A stretch of DNA of 64,000 bases from NCBI RefSeq assembly GCF_001194135.2, contig NC_068988.1, positions 44,646,216-44,710,215 on the forward strand. The letters are read 5' to 3'. This DNA is from Octopus bimaculoides. Taxonomy: Eukaryota. A model generated the notes under the pieces. It worked only from the letters and a program-made list of their open reading frames with translations. It did no database searches and was not told the DNA's origin. A program made the translations under genes and the position numbers. Positions 63,382 through 64,000 of the stretch are shown here, piece after piece (positions within the stretch are counted from its first letter, which is position 1; each line of letters opens with the position of its first letter).

Positions 63382-63385
<4 letters not shown>

Positions 63386-63598
63386 AGAGAGTACTGAAAA
63401 TTTCTTGGCTCTGGGTAAAATAAAATACAGGAGGATCAGTTAATGATGAATTTATTCAACATATTCTCCTCTCAGATTCACACACTTATTGCTGCGGTCG
63501 TTTAGTTTTTCTAAGCCCTGTGAAAGACCGTGGAAGGTAAGCCTCCAACCAGGCCTTTCTTGATGCCTTAAAGCCAGCAACTTTTCAGCACCCACTTG
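63382..63598 (-). mobile_element. Mariner-derived MITE retaining the transposase C-terminus
   Basis: Imperfect ~28-bp TIRs (TGAGAGAGTACTGAAAATTTCTTGGC and GCCAGCAACTTTTCAGCACCCACTTG|TA). The minus strand encodes GLEKLNDRSNKCVNLRGEYVE*. Confidence 0.8.
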
Positions 63599-63639
63599 TA
63601 TGTATGTTTGTGAACTAATGCACCAGAGGGCTGTGTCAA

Positions 63640-63765
63640 GCTCCAGTGCCAACTCCAGCATGGTTAGATGCCCTCCCTAATGTCAACAACTTCACAGTGG
63701 GCACAGGGTGTTTTTTTTTTTGTGGCATTAGCACTAGTGAAGTCACCAAATACTCTCCAAACAAG
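63640..63765 (-). mobile_element. RTE-type tail fragment (family D, diverged)
   Basis: GGTTAGATGCCCTCCCTAATGTCAACAACTTCACAG...GTGGCATTAGCACTAGTGAAG. Confidence 0.55.
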
Positions 63766-64000
63766 CCCTCCCCATCAGCTGGGCAGCATATAGTATTGAA
63801 GGATATGAAAGTATGATAAAGAGACAGGGGAAGGTGTCTTGTGGGTTCTGCATTTGGAAAAAGAGGGAGAGAGATGTGAGGTCAAAGTACAAGGTGAACA
63901 TGAGAAAGAGAATAGAAAAGAGGATTAAAAATGGGGGTTGAATTGGATGCAGTGAGTATTAGTTTGGATGGGGGAAGTGAAAGGAATAGGAGTGGGTCAG

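Overview
AT-rich eukaryotic, repeat-saturated non-coding DNA with about 15 N gaps; the gaps mostly abut (TA)n/(CA)n tracts. The combination of tRNA-headed SINEs, dense microsatellites, R4/Dong, RTE, Penelope, Helitron and Tc1/mariner relics looks like an octopus (coleoid cephalopod) intron or intergenic region. That is inference from repeat style, not a database match. I could not identify an intact host protein-coding gene, rRNA, real tRNA gene or CRISPR array. Almost all ORF-track entries are microsatellite or N-gap artefacts, and the recognisable protein fragments are transposon pseudogenes. Best-supported elements with defined ends: (1) a 1.1-kb non-coding LTR retroelement (TRIM-like) at 24826-25932 with both LTRs, a 5-bp TSD, a tRNA-Ser-type PBS and a PPT; (2) a Merlin-type DNA transposon at 19678-20255 with an 8-bp TSD and a zinc-ribbon transposase relic; (3) mariner, maT and Tc1-type MITEs; (4) a TTAA-flanked Kolobok-type hairpin MITE; (5) a non-autonomous Helitron, a Helitron Rep fragment and a DINE-1/HINE-like element; (6) several hammerhead-ribozyme-like motifs of the Penelope type, two of them truncated and head-to-head at the centre of a 550-bp palindrome; (7) an RTE LINE with a 5' inversion. 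A few candidate short exons exist but cannot be confirmed from sequence alone.
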